A program made the position numbers and the translations under genes. This document shows, in pieces, positions 41,516 through 51,599 of a stretch of DNA of 64,000 bases. The DNA is from a virus. The stretch's first letter is position 1; every line of letters starts with the position of its first letter. Below the pieces are notes generated by a model that searched no databases, was not told where the DNA came from, and worked only from the letters and a program-made list of their open reading frames with translations. The DNA is taken from the IMG/VR virus record IMGVR_UViG_3300017917_001940, positions 32,001 through 96,000 of that record. The stretch is one strand, 5' to 3'.

Positions 41516-41755
41516 ATGCCCTACGTAACAGACAATTTGAAAACAGAAGCATTTGTCGCAGGTAAGATTGATTTATATAACCTAGTTTGCGACAATCCAC
41601 AACTACGCATGGTCCCAATTGATCAAATTCGTATCCGTGATGATCTAAATGATTTAGGATATAAGTTTAGAATTCGTTATCGTGGCCCACATCGTCCACA
41701 GCACGACACTAAGAAAGTTGACGCTCGAGCATTTACGGTGTATATACTTGAATGA
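41516..41755 (+). CDS. hypothetical protein
   Basis: ORF with AGGA RBS. Confidence 0.7.
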   Translation: MPYVTDNLKTEAFVAGKIDLYNLVCDNPQLRMVPIDQIRIRDDLNDLGYKFRIRYRGPHRPQHDTKKVDARAFTVYILE

Positions 41756-42786
41756 GAATACGATTAATAGGTCAACGCAATCGCACAGGCATAGGCACAC
41801 ACTATGCCTATTTTGCTGATGCACTGCGTCGTTGTACCACAACAGAAATACAAGAGATTGATTATCAAAACGATGATCAAGTTCGTCGGGCCATTGATGA
41901 CAGCGACGAACAAGACGTAAATATCAGTTTTGTGGGTGCAAACATTCACAAGTTTTTTGCTGGTCGTATTATACAGTGGATTGTATTTGAAAGCACACGC
42001 ATAGCACCACACTTGCATGAGTGTCTACATCAGTCCAATCAAATATGGGTACCAAGTGAATGGGGCCGTAACATACTACTCCAAAACGGCTATGGTTCAA
42101 AATACATTCGTGTGGTTCCTGAAGGTGTGGACGGTGCTTTTACATCTGGATTCCCGCAAGAAAAGAATGAAATCTTTACTTACTTGTTAGTGGGCAAGTA
42201 CGAACAACGCAAAGGTATCAAGGAAACAGTTGAAGCATTTAAACTGGCCTGGGGCAACGACCAAGACAAACAGTTGTGGCTCAAGACTAATCGCTGTCAA
42301 GAGTTGGTAGACTTGATTGGTGATAGTAAGAATATCCATGTATTTGATGGTGATTTGGACATGGTTCAGTTGTACATGAAGTGCCATGTATTTGTTCTAC
42401 CCACACGTGGCGAAGGTTGGGGTCTGCCCATTATTGAAGCGGCCGCAAGTGGTCTGCCCATAATCACAACCTACTACAGTGCTCAAACCGAATACCTTAA
42501 CCAAATACAGAATAGTTGTTACTTTGTTGATTTCAATTTGGTTGATATCAACTGCCCGCTATACAAGGTCTGTTATCCAACACCAGATGGTAACTATGGT
42601 AAGTGGGCCCAACCCAGTGTAGACAGCATAGCCCAAGCTATGTTGGACGTACACAAGAGCTATCAATTTGCTGATTATAAAGCAAAAGACAGCGAATTTA
42701 TCATCAAAAGCCAATACACCTGGGTAAAATCAGCAGAAAAAGCCCTAAAAATCCTTGAAAATCAACGACTTAGCGACATCATTTAA
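41752..42786 (+). CDS. glycosyltransferase family 4 (GT-B)
   Basis: RKGI, FVLPTRGEGWGLPIIEAAASGLPIIT. Confidence 0.9.
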   Translation: MRIRLIGQRNRTGIGTHYAYFADALRRCTTTEIQEIDYQNDDQVRRAIDDSDEQDVNISFVGANIHKFFAGRIIQWIVFESTRIAPHLHECLHQSNQIWVPSEWGRNILLQNGYGSKYIRVVPEGVDGAFTSGFPQEKNEIFTYLLVGKYEQRKGIKETVEAFKLAWGNDQDKQLWLKTNRCQELVDLIGDSKNIHVFDGDLDMVQLYMKCHVFVLPTRGEGWGLPIIEAAASGLPIITTYYSAQTEYLNQIQNSCYFVDFNLVDINCPLYKVCYPTPDGNYGKWAQPSVDSIAQAMLDVHKSYQFADYKAKDSEFIIKSQYTWVKSAEKALKILENQRLSDII

Positions 42787-42851
42787 CGGTTGACCAAAAT
42801 CACCTAATATGGTATAATATTACTATAGTTAAGAAAAAGGAGCTACAAATG
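42759..42851 (+). repeat. IHF-like site + promoter+RBS cassette, copy 3
   Basis: AAATCAACGACTTAG; TTGACC(42790)-N17-TATAAT; GTTAAGAAAAAGGAGCTACAAATG. Confidence 0.8.
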
Positions 42852-43079
42852 ACTACAGTAAATTATCAAGTTGGTGACCAAGTTAGTTATGGCATTGGTG
42901 GTGATCGTTATTATGACGGTAAGATTGTTCGTATCACCAAGCGTTTTATTTTTACAGATTCTGGTCGCAAATATACTCGCAAAGAGTACAAAGATGGTCA
43001 TGTAAGTTATCGCGAAACTGGTTGTAAGTACTGCTACCTGATTCCTGGTGTAGTTGAATACTTAGACCCACACTTTTAA
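42849..43079 (+). CDS. hypothetical early protein
   Basis: ORF. Confidence 0.75.
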   Translation: MTTVNYQVGDQVSYGIGGDRYYDGKIVRITKRFIFTDSGRKYTRKEYKDGHVSYRETGCKYCYLIPGVVEYLDPHF

Positions 43080-43086
43080 ACCCAGA

Positions 43087-43115
43087 TTGACCAGAAATGG
43101 TCAATTTGTTATAAT
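43087..43115 (+). promoter_or_regulatory. sigma70 early promoter
   Basis: TTGACC-N17-TATAAT. Confidence 0.75.
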
Positions 43116-43134
43116 ATTACTATAAACTAAACAA

Positions 43135-43428
43135 ATGGAGCTCAAAATGGAATTCACAGTTATCAACAATGATGTTATTCGTGCGTATGACTTCAAGCCA
43201 ATGGTAGGTCGTAGTGACTGTTTCGTAGAAGGCAAGGTCCTGGATGCACACGATAACAGCCGTGGTCATCAAGCATACAAGATTCGCGTCACTCGTGATG
43301 TATTTGATGGTAAGGAATTCACAGAAGCAGGTTACAAGTCGTTGGGTAACCGTGTGGGTGAGATTGTTTATGTTCCTTGGTTTACCACTCGTGATTACCA
43401 AGGTCGTGTAATTAACTTGTCGAGATAA
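43135..43428 (+). CDS. hypothetical protein
   Basis: ORF track. Confidence 0.7.
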   Translation: MELKMEFTVINNDVIRAYDFKPMVGRSDCFVEGKVLDAHDNSRGHQAYKIRVTRDVFDGKEFTEAGYKSLGNRVGEIVYVPWFTTRDYQGRVINLSR

Positions 43429-43432
43429 GATT

Positions 43433-43777
43433 ATGGCAGTAACTAAACTACAAATGATCAAACAAGCTCATTCAATCTTAACCAAGGACTTTGAAACCTC
43501 GGTTAACCGCGACAGCGATTATACTCTGAAAAAACAATGCGATCGTTTGGCCAACTTTGCTTACATCGCTATGAAGCATCTTGAGGATAATAACATGCAG
43601 GACTTTGTGTTACTCAAGCATGATGATCTTCGTTCATGGTGGAATAAGCACAAGGAAGCCATGCGTCAAGAACAGCTGGCCAAAGAAGCCAAGGCTCGTC
43701 GAGCTGAACTTAAAGAACGAGCACTGGCACGTTTGACTGATGAAGAAAAAGAAGCACTTGGACTTAAGAAAAAATAA
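43433..43777 (+). CDS. hypothetical protein
   Basis: ORF track. Confidence 0.7.
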   Translation: MAVTKLQMIKQAHSILTKDFETSVNRDSDYTLKKQCDRLANFAYIAMKHLEDNNMQDFVLLKHDDLRSWWNKHKEAMRQEQLAKEAKARRAELKERALARLTDEEKEALGLKKK

Positions 43778-43786
43778 GGAGTTATA

Positions 43787-44221
43787 ATGGCAACTCGTTC
43801 ATGTATTGGTATTAAACACGGTGATGTTATTCGCGGTATCTATGCCCACTGGGATGGTTATCCAGCGTGTAATGGTATGATTTTATATCAGCACTACAGT
43901 GATTCAATCAAAGTAAACAAGTTGATCAGCATGGGTGATGTTAGCTCACTGGGCGAGGAAATTGGCGAGTATCACAGCTTTGATCAGCCAGCAGTAGGCA
44001 AAGACTACTGTACCTTTTATGCTCGCGATCGAGGTGAAGAAGGTGTGGAGTTTAGAACTTTTGCCACGGTAGATGAGTTTGTTGAAAGGTATGATGGTAT
44101 GGGTGCTGAATACTACTACCTATATGACAACGGTACTTGGTTCGTTAAATCATATCGCGGTGAGTTTGAACCTTTGCGTGATGTGTTAATCGTGGATGCT
44201 TTGACAAAGGAAGAGGCTTAA
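43787..44221 (+). CDS. conserved phage hypothetical protein
   Basis: MATRSCIG...IYAHWDGYP; AGGAG RBS. Confidence 0.75.
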   Translation: MATRSCIGIKHGDVIRGIYAHWDGYPACNGMILYQHYSDSIKVNKLISMGDVSSLGEEIGEYHSFDQPAVGKDYCTFYARDRGEEGVEFRTFATVDEFVERYDGMGAEYYYLYDNGTWFVKSYRGEFEPLRDVLIVDALTKEEA

Positions 44222-44299
44222 ACAAGAAAGATTTGTGGCAGTTGACCAGTATCTCCAAAAGTAATACAATGTAAGTTCAATATACTTTTAGGAGGTCGC

Positions 44300-44638
44300 A
44301 TGTCAGCATTCGCTTATGTAGCCAAATATTCTCCCAGTACTGGAAAGTTCACTGGGCGTAGTAAGTATTGGGAAATTGACGCCACTGCAAAATGGGTGGA
44401 GTATAGTTTGGACATTGTAGACATGAACAAACTGTTAATGGTTTCTAACTTTAATGACAAGATGGATTTGCTTGCCGCATTAGACGTAGCAGAACAGCGT
44501 CGTAAGCGTATGTATGATCATCCAAACTTTGATTTGAAAGAAGCCACTGACTGGTTCCGTTTGGTTAAAGATCGTCCTAAGCTCTCAATTAGCAACAAGA
44601 AAAAACAAGACGTAGTTAAGAAAAAGAAACGCAAGTAA
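44300..44638 (+). CDS. hypothetical protein
   Basis: AGGAGG RBS; promoter TTGACC(44242)-N17-TACAAT. Confidence 0.75.
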   Translation: MSAFAYVAKYSPSTGKFTGRSKYWEIDATAKWVEYSLDIVDMNKLLMVSNFNDKMDLLAALDVAEQRRKRMYDHPNFDLKEATDWFRLVKDRPKLSISNKKKQDVVKKKKRK

Positions 44639-44644
44639 TGTATA

Positions 44645-44869
44645 ATGTATAAGGTATACTGGACAGGCCCAACAGATGAACCCTGTGCTCAAAACTTTGA
44701 GGACATGAGTGAGGCTCTGCAACACGCAGAGTTTCTACGTTCATCTGGTCGTAGGTTTGTTACTATGGTCAGTGAGAACCCTGATTCGGTGGGCAAACCG
44801 GGTGTGGACAGTGTGAAACATGGCCTGCTACCTGATGGTGAGCTATATACTTGGAAGAAACGTAGATAA
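44645..44869 (+). CDS. hypothetical protein
   Basis: ORF track. Confidence 0.65.
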   Translation: MYKVYWTGPTDEPCAQNFEDMSEALQHAEFLRSSGRRFVTMVSENPDSVGKPGVDSVKHGLLPDGELYTWKKRR

Positions 44870-45072
44870 TGGGACTAGGTCCTCCGGTTTGTACCAAATG
44901 TATGGTCATAGGACAGCTCAGTGGAGGTACTTGGGTTTGCCCTGTATGTTATAGCGTACGGTTAGGTAATCATTTGTGGGAGTTCACAGAAGAATATCAA
45001 AAGCGTTTTGAGGACAATACTAAATTTATGAAATTCGTGCAAGGAAAAGATGAGACTGGCAATAGCGAGTGA
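44869..45072 (+). CDS. small zinc-ribbon protein
   Basis: CTKC...CPVC. Confidence 0.6.
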   Translation: MGLGPPVCTKCMVIGQLSGGTWVCPVCYSVRLGNHLWEFTEEYQKRFEDNTKFMKFVQGKDETGNSE

Positions 45073-45871
45073 TCTCCACATTGAGTTTGGAGATATTATT
45101 TTAGACAACATTGTCACCAAGGCTGATGTATTGATTCTTGCTGGCGACATCTGCATGCTCAAGGACTTGGACAAGCAAAGTGAACGTGGCGATCGTACAC
45201 GCAACTTCTTCCAGCGTGTGAGCCAAAACTTTCCACGAGTGCTGTATGTCATGGGTAACCACGAACATTATGGCGGTGACTTTGCCAAGGGTCGTGAACG
45301 GTTTCAAACATTCTGCGACAAGCATCATATTTTTAATATTACCTTGTTGGAAAAAGACACAGTGACTATCGATGGATATGAGTTTATTGGTGGTACGCTA
45401 TGGACAGATTTCAACGACATGGATTCCATGACCATGTTCAACGCAGAACAGATGATGAATGATTATAAGGGTGTGAAGAACAGCAACGACACAGTAAGTT
45501 GGAAATTCTTGCCCAAGCATGCCTTACGTGATCACTGCTCTATGCGTGGATACCTACAGACTTGTATGGACAACTACAAAGAGTCAGGTCGCACAGACAA
45601 CAAGATTGTTGTGATAACTCATCACGCACCAAGTGCCTTGAGTATTCATGAGAAGTATGCTCATGATACACTGATGAATGGTAACTTCCACAGCAAGATG
45701 GACGAGTTTATTCTAAACAATCCACAGATCCAACTTTGGTGCCATGGTCATATGCACGACCCATTTGATTATGGCATTGGTGGTACTCGTGTGGTATGTA
45801 ATCCACGTGGCTATATACAATACGAACAGCGGGCACAGGAGTTTGAACTACAAGTGGTGGAGTTGTTTTGA
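45050..45871 (+). CDS. calcineurin-like metallophosphoesterase
   Basis: SDLH, LAGD, MGNHEH, THH, HGHMH, NPRGY. Confidence 0.88.
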   Translation: MRLAIASDLHIEFGDIILDNIVTKADVLILAGDICMLKDLDKQSERGDRTRNFFQRVSQNFPRVLYVMGNHEHYGGDFAKGRERFQTFCDKHHIFNITLLEKDTVTIDGYEFIGGTLWTDFNDMDSMTMFNAEQMMNDYKGVKNSNDTVSWKFLPKHALRDHCSMRGYLQTCMDNYKESGRTDNKIVVITHHAPSALSIHEKYAHDTLMNGNFHSKMDEFILNNPQIQLWCHGHMHDPFDYGIGGTRVVCNPRGYIQYEQRAQEFELQVVELF

Positions 45872-46059
45872 GTACTACTATCAAGTCACTTGGTATACAG
45901 TATACTGATTGGAAACCTTGGTTTGCTTGGAGACCAGTGCGAACTGATAGTGGACAATGGTTGTGGGGTCGACGTATATACCGTAGATATTGCTGGGCTT
46001 TTATCAAGCGGTATGGTATGTGGGAATACGGCACTGAATTTGACACGTTAAAAGGTTGA
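45868..46059 (+). CDS. small Trp/Arg-rich protein
   Basis: WKPWFAWRPV. Confidence 0.55.
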   Translation: MSTTIKSLGIQYTDWKPWFAWRPVRTDSGQWLWGRRIYRRYCWAFIKRYGMWEYGTEFDTLKG

Positions 46060-46090
46060 CCAGAATTTACCGATTTGCTATAATACTATT

Positions 46091-46447
46091 ATGAAAATAC
46101 TACAAGAAATCACACAATGGGATACCCCAAACCATATCTACTTTACCAACGACAGTAAAGACAAGATGTTTGCTTACATCCGGGCAAGTGGTAAGACTGT
46201 AGAAAAATTTAAAGTGCCCATGCCGTTCAAGGTATCGGGTCGCAAGTTCAAAGAAATTGAAAATACTTTTGGTTATTCAGTTGATGATAAACCAGACGTA
46301 CAAGTAACCGGCAAACAATATCAAGTTCCGGGTAGTAAAGGTGCCATCTATACTGTTACAGACGATAATGGATCTTGGACTTGTACTTGCCCAGCATCAA
46401 AATGGCAGAAGGGCGAGTGTAAGCATATTATTGCTTTAAAGAGTTAA
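46091..46447 (+). CDS. SWIM zinc-finger protein
   Basis: WTCTCPA....ECKHI; promoter TTGACC(46056)-N17-TATAAT 6 nt before ATG. Confidence 0.8.
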   Translation: MKILQEITQWDTPNHIYFTNDSKDKMFAYIRASGKTVEKFKVPMPFKVSGRKFKEIENTFGYSVDDKPDVQVTGKQYQVPGSKGAIYTVTDDNGSWTCTCPASKWQKGECKHIIALKS

Positions 46448-47046
46448 CCAATATACCAGTTAGTACCGTTAGACCACACTGGCACAGTATTGCCAGAACC
46501 ACCTACATATAGATTACCCCAAGTAATTATATCAGCATCCGACACAAATGCTCTAGCACCTGGGCCAACTCCTGAAGCACTCGGAATATTTCCAGTTGCA
46601 TAAACATGAGATACAGTCACACCGTTGGTTAATACGTTCCCGGCTGTGATGTTACCCGTAGGAGTGGTAATGTTGCCCATTTCGATAATGTCACCGGCGA
46701 CTGTCAAATTGCCAGCAACTGTGATATCTTCATTAACAGTAAGATATCTTGTATAAACAGTATTCCACTGTTTAGTTGAAGATCCTAGACTCTGTATATT
46801 ATTACCATTTGGTACAATATCAACATTGGCCACTACTTTACCTATGCCGTTTGGCGCCAAATATAAATTACCGTTGGTATTAACAGTTAAAATAGAATTG
46901 TTTGAGAAGTTAATGTTTGATGTTACAACCCCAGTTGCCCAAACATTTGAAAAATTGTCGTTTACATAGTTAAACGCGGTGCGTAATGGATCACCAGTGC
47001 CATCGTTAGCAACTGCTCCAATATCGATAATAATTTGATTTGCCAT
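46444..47046 (-). CDS. tail fibre/baseplate-like structural protein
   Basis: IDIGAVANDGTGDPLRTAF (T4-like fibre N-terminal motif), NG(T)NW end. Confidence 0.7.
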   Translation of the reverse strand: MANQIIIDIGAVANDGTGDPLRTAFNYVNDNFSNVWATGVVTSNINFSNNSILTVNTNGNLYLAPNGIGKVVANVDIVPNGNNIQSLGSSTKQWNTVYTRYLTVNEDITVAGNLTVAGDIIEMGNITTPTGNITAGNVLTNGVTVSHVYATGNIPSASGVGPGARAFVSDADIITWGNLYVGGSGNTVPVWSNGTNWYIG

Positions 47047-47173
47047 AGGTAGATTTTAGCCTTTTTTGTTATTTATGGTAAAGTTGCTAGGCAAACCCAC
47101 TTGACCATGGCTGAAAAACATGTAATAATAGCATCATGCTGTTTAAGACAGCTCTTGTTAAGAAAGGTAAATT

Positions 47174-47443
47174 ATGAAACATTTTAATCCAGAAACAAAG
47201 ACGTTCAAGGTATTTCAAGCACTACAATCTGGTAAGGCTTTGACAGCTAGCCAGGCTTCTAAAATGGGTATCAAAAACTTGTCAGCAGAAGTTAGCCGTA
47301 TCCGTTCAAACGGTTTCGCTGTGTACACAAACACACGCAAAGCTGGTAACGGTGTTCAGGTTACAGAATACGTTTTGGGCCGCCCATCACGTAAATTGGT
47401 AGCACTTGGCTACAAAGCTCAAGCATTGGGCATCACTCTTTAA
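47174..47443 (+). CDS. helix-turn-helix protein
   Basis: ALQSGKALTA...NLSAEVSRIRSNG (winged HTH-like). Confidence 0.65.
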   Translation: MKHFNPETKTFKVFQALQSGKALTASQASKMGIKNLSAEVSRIRSNGFAVYTNTRKAGNGVQVTEYVLGRPSRKLVALGYKAQALGITL

Positions 47444-47500
47444 TATTCTTTAAAGAGCCGGGATCGCTGTTCAAGTCAAACTGAACACCCCGTAAATACA

Positions 47501-47523
47501 AGGGCCTTAGGGCCCTTTTTTCT
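47501..47523. terminator. intrinsic (probably bidirectional) terminator
   Basis: AGGGCC-TTAG-GGCCCT-TTTTT between convergent genes. Confidence 0.7.
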
Positions 47524-48058
47524 TTGTAAGTCCTCGATACCATCCATGACCCGGACACTCAAATGACATAGTATTTTGTGCTCCGTTGGTCCAACGTTTT
47601 TTACCCTTTTGAGAGGGTGGGCAGGATCCATTAGACAACGATGCTTGTCTAAGTTTTTCTCGTTTACTATCGGTCATTTGGGCGCGAGTTTTAAGGCTTT
47701 TGAGCCACTCTGGGTTGTTTAATCTTTCTTGGGCTTTTCTACTCATTTTGGCCCTTGTTATAGGACCTTGTCGGGCACCGTCTCCACCATCTGTTCGATT
47801 TCGTAAAATACCTGTTCCATTGTCTTTTCTGCCCCACCAACTGATTAAACGTCGTTCAATAGCAAGTGCTCCTATTTCAGTGAGATTAGATTCTAATATA
47901 ATGATATTGATTGGATCTTTTGGGACAGGAATTCGATATCCGTGTTTTTCCCAAGCTCGTCTCCCGGACCCTTTCCCGATATAGTATGGTGTACCTATTG
48001 AGCCGGATTCAGAATCCTTATTTCGTATGTAGGCGTAGACGTAGTAAATATTATTCAT
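47507..48058 (-). mobile_element. free-standing GIY-YIG homing endonuclease
   Basis: YYVYAYIR...[20 protein letters not shown]. Confidence 0.85.
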
Positions 48059-48125
48059 GCTGTAACTCCTATTCAGTTATAGAGCGGGTGGATGTTGGTA
48101 GCATCGCGATTCGCACCTTTATTTA
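48059..48125 (-). promoter_or_regulatory. structured leader of homing endonuclease gene (copy 2)
   Basis: TAAATA + two hairpins covarying with 29952-30017. Confidence 0.7.
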
Positions 48126-48191
48126 TGCCCGGTTGACCGGAATCTCCACTTTTGCTATAATATACATATATTAAGATTTTAGGAGAATATC

Positions 48192-48746
48192 ATCCCCAAC
48201 TGGTGCTCTAACACATTAGTGCTTGAACACGAAGATCCAACACAAATCGAAAGAGCTGTTGAAGGGTTTAAACGTGGAGAGCTATTACAAACCTTAGTCC
48301 CAAACCCAAGTGGTGAATGGGACTACAGTTGGTCCGTAGATAACTGGGGGTGTAAGTGGGACGTAGGTGGTGATACAGATCCTGTGATTACCAATCCAAA
48401 TATGGTGACCTTTGTGTTTGATTCGGCTTGGGCACCACCAATCGCGGCATATGAAAAACTGTACGATCAAGGGTTTAAAATCTATGCCATGTATTATGAA
48501 TCAGGCATGGCATTCGCTGGTATCTGGGAAGATGGGTATGATGATTACTATGAATTCTCAGACATGAACAGTGGCGAAGTTGCTGACATGCTACCGCAGG
48601 AATTGGACAATGAATTTGGTATCAGCGAATGTATGGCTGAATACGAAGCCGAAGATGAAGAACCACTTACTGAGTGGTATGAGCAAGGTGTAGAGGACAA
48701 AGGTTTAGCACCACATACACTTGATAAGGAAGAACCAAATGATTGA
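48192..48746 (+). CDS. DUF1281/Api92-like ferredoxin-fold phage protein
   Basis: (I)PNWCSN, NWGCKWDV, FDSAWAPP, YYESG; probable ATC start; promoter TTGACC(48133)-N17-TATAAT. Confidence 0.7.
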   Translation: MPNWCSNTLVLEHEDPTQIERAVEGFKRGELLQTLVPNPSGEWDYSWSVDNWGCKWDVGGDTDPVITNPNMVTFVFDSAWAPPIAAYEKLYDQGFKIYAMYYESGMAFAGIWEDGYDDYYEFSDMNSGEVADMLPQELDNEFGISECMAEYEAEDEEPLTEWYEQGVEDKGLAPHTLDKEEPND

Positions 48747-48912
48747 GTTTATTCTTTGGATGCTGGTTGGATTCGTTATACTGATATTTGCCGGGATTAT
48801 CTTAGGGTTTGTTGGTGCCAGTGTTTACGACGCCTGGTATCAACGAAAATATGCCGTATGGATAGCACTACAAGAGGATCACAATCAACCGCGAAGACCT
48901 GTGGCAAAATAA
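48721..48912 (+). CDS. small membrane protein
   Basis: single TM. Confidence 0.55.
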   Translation: MIRKNQMIEFILWMLVGFVILIFAGIILGFVGASVYDAWYQRKYAVWIALQEDHNQPRRPVAK

Positions 48913-49037
48913 GGAGTTGATATGACCCAGAAAGACGTAGTTGAATGGCTTGAAATAATTGCAGGTTGTTTTAGAGCCGTTGTTTGGATTGTTGCCTTTA
49001 TGGCCTTGTGTAAGTACGTATTTTACTAGGAGAGAAA

Positions 49038-49406
49038 ATGACAGAATATCTTGAAGCATTTGGTACTACCCTTGTTGTTTTTGGTGTTGTTCTCTATGCG
49101 GTCATGTGGTTGATCGCACAGTGGCTCAAACGAGTGAACACTCGATTAGAAGCACAACTTGAAGCAATCCAAGAGGCCATTGAATCTAAATTTATCCAGT
49201 TAGATGTTGAGATTGACAACGGCATCTATTACTGCTATAATATAAAGGATCATGAATTTATATGCCAAGGTTCTACAGCCCGAGAGATCAAGGATGCGTT
49301 TGATGCTCGATTCCCAGGTAAAGTGGCTATCTTGAACAATGCTGACCGTGAGGAATTGGCTGACTTAAAAGCACAAATATTGGAGATGAAAACAAGTGAA
49401 AGCTAA
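49038..49406 (+). CDS. membrane-anchored hypothetical protein
   Basis: N-terminal TM, AGGAG RBS. Confidence 0.7.
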   Translation: MTEYLEAFGTTLVVFGVVLYAVMWLIAQWLKRVNTRLEAQLEAIQEAIESKFIQLDVEIDNGIYYCYNIKDHEFICQGSTAREIKDAFDARFPGKVAILNNADREELADLKAQILEMKTSES

Positions 49407-50037
49407 AATTGGACCTTATTTGAATTTTATTGGAGCATATCAAATCGCTGATATGATCTTTTTCTGGCAGGAAAAATATCCTGATGATAACTCAGTGTTT
49501 GATCGTTGGGATTATAAACTACACGATCGTTTCGCTACATGGTTGGCCGGCACTTGGGTTCAAGATTTCTGCGAATGGATTTATAAAAAACGCAAACGCA
49601 CAGTCAAAATAAAGATTGACTACTATGATGTATGGAGTGCTGACCATACACTGGCATTGGTTATCAAACCTGTGTTAGAGCAACTTAAAGAAGTCAAACA
49701 TGGGTATGGTTGGATTGATGATGTGGATGTTCCTGAAGAATTGCGTAGCACAGCACCAGGTGCTAGAGATGGGTTAGAATATGAACACGATTGGGATCAC
49801 AATGCTGAAAAGCGTTATGACTATGTGCTAGATGAAATGATCTGGGCATTTACCCAACTAACTGACGATACTAGCGAAGACAAGTTCTACGATCACTCCG
49901 AGAGTGAAAAAGAAAAAGACTTCATGGAATCTATTAAAAAGTTAAAAGTTGATCGCGAAGGATTAAAAGCACACCAAGAGCGTGTGACTAACGGCATTAG
50001 ATTATTTGGCCGATACTATCAAACATTGTGGGACTAA
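49396..50037 (+). CDS. conserved T4-like hypothetical protein
   Basis: IDYYDVWSADHTLA..I.P.L.QLK...HG. Confidence 0.75.
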   Translation: MKAKIGPYLNFIGAYQIADMIFFWQEKYPDDNSVFDRWDYKLHDRFATWLAGTWVQDFCEWIYKKRKRTVKIKIDYYDVWSADHTLALVIKPVLEQLKEVKHGYGWIDDVDVPEELRSTAPGARDGLEYEHDWDHNAEKRYDYVLDEMIWAFTQLTDDTSEDKFYDHSESEKEKDFMESIKKLKVDREGLKAHQERVTNGIRLFGRYYQTLWD

Positions 50038-50038
50038 T

Positions 50039-50794
50039 ATGGACAAGACTACAGATAATGATTTAAAAAAACTCTTCGAAAGTATTCATCAAGCATACAT
50101 GGAGGATGATGATGCTTGGCCAATTCCAGGCATGGGCGATAAAAACTCTAAAGGTCCCAAGGCCAGCTTTCCTGATGATCCACTGGCATTGAGTTGTGCT
50201 AGTTATCGCTTGTACAAGAACGAGCCACAACGCAGATTTACCAACATTGAGCTGGTCAAAGCCACTCAAGAAGATCGTACACACGCACAGGCTATTCGTA
50301 GTTACTACACTCAACGCTATACAATGAAAGCGTTGAAGGGCACTCAACTTACTGACTATCAGAAGAAAACTGCTGAGTTCTTGAGTGGATTATATCATTT
50401 GACCACAGAAGAAATTGGTTTATTGTATAAGTTACCTTACTTCTACGAAGAAGATCAGTTGATTGAGCAAGTGGTTGAACAGACTACAAGTTATCAACCC
50501 AAGGTGACACCACTGGCGGCAGAGTTGAAAGATTTAACAGAATATGAACTTACACCATTGCTTAAGATTCTTGTAAGTCGCAAGGGTGCTGAGTTTAATC
50601 ACTTTTATTTTAAAGATCAAAATAATCATGCTGTGGTGATTCCTTGTCCTAACAATGATCGTTTTAGTTATACCTTGCATGGTTTGTTCAAACAGCCAAA
50701 ACTACGAGTTAGAGCATATGCTAATATGACCAAGATGGAAGGTGATACACCACACGTGGCTATTAAACTAACCGCATGGGAACTTGTATTCTGA
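50039..50794 (+). CDS. hypothetical protein
   Basis: ORF; start adjusted. Confidence 0.7.
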   Translation: MDKTTDNDLKKLFESIHQAYMEDDDAWPIPGMGDKNSKGPKASFPDDPLALSCASYRLYKNEPQRRFTNIELVKATQEDRTHAQAIRSYYTQRYTMKALKGTQLTDYQKKTAEFLSGLYHLTTEEIGLLYKLPYFYEEDQLIEQVVEQTTSYQPKVTPLAAELKDLTEYELTPLLKILVSRKGAEFNHFYFKDQNNHAVVIPCPNNDRFSYTLHGLFKQPKLRVRAYANMTKMEGDTPHVAIKLTAWELVF

Positions 50795-51285
50795 CCAAGA
50801 AGAAAAAGTCAAACTTAGCTGACGGACGTACAAGTTTTGACGCAGAAGTTGGCAACACGTTAGTAGAGTTCATCAATAGGAACGTTACTCCGTATCCTGT
50901 TGAGGTTGGAGCACCAAAGTTTGATCTTATACCTGTTGAGAAGCAAAAAGATATCATGGTCAATGTGGCCAGAATGCATGCTCAACAAGAATATGATCGT
51001 ATCATGCAGTTGGTTGCGGTATTACAGCAACAGGCCGCACAGTTAAAGCGTAGGTTAGATATTACTGACATGGTACATGCGGCACGATATGAGTTTCAAA
51101 TATACCACGGTCAGTTTTATTGGTTGGTTAACGATCTCAAGCGTGGTGGAACAAGGTTAACGCATACTGGTCCAGAGGATTGGACCGTGGGTGCACCAGT
51201 AGAGTATGAATATATTTGTAGAGTAAAATGGTTGGGTGATTATACCTGGGTTGAAGTTGATAGCGAAGGAAGGGATGTAGGGTGA
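50776..51285 (+). CDS. hypothetical protein
   Basis: ORF track. Confidence 0.7.
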   Translation: MGTCILTKKKKSNLADGRTSFDAEVGNTLVEFINRNVTPYPVEVGAPKFDLIPVEKQKDIMVNVARMHAQQEYDRIMQLVAVLQQQAAQLKRRLDITDMVHAARYEFQIYHGQFYWLVNDLKRGGTRLTHTGPEDWTVGAPVEYEYICRVKWLGDYTWVEVDSEGRDVG

Positions 51286-51599
51286 GAAAATATATTAAAC
51301 CTGGAAAGAAAAAAAGCACAGGAGGTATTTGGGATTATGCCAAATATCATCCACATCCATATACGCCTAAACAGCGTAAGAAGATCAAGGAAACCTTGAC
51401 ATTTATTGCTGAGTGGTCGGCTACAGCGGTCATGATCATCGCCGCGGTGGGCATTGTGCAAAAGTGGCCCGTGACCATATGGATTCTTAATACTGGTTGC
51501 GTACTTTGGTTATTAACCGCATGGCTCAAACGTGAGTGGAGTTTGTTTACTGTGAACTTTGTTTTGTTGGCTGTTTACTTTTATGGATTGTTTGTATGA
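51282..51599 (+). CDS. small membrane protein
   Basis: three short TMs. Confidence 0.65.
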   Translation: MRKYIKPGKKKSTGGIWDYAKYHPHPYTPKQRKKIKETLTFIAEWSATAVMIIAAVGIVQKWPVTIWILNTGCVLWLLTAWLKREWSLFTVNFVLLAVYFYGLFV

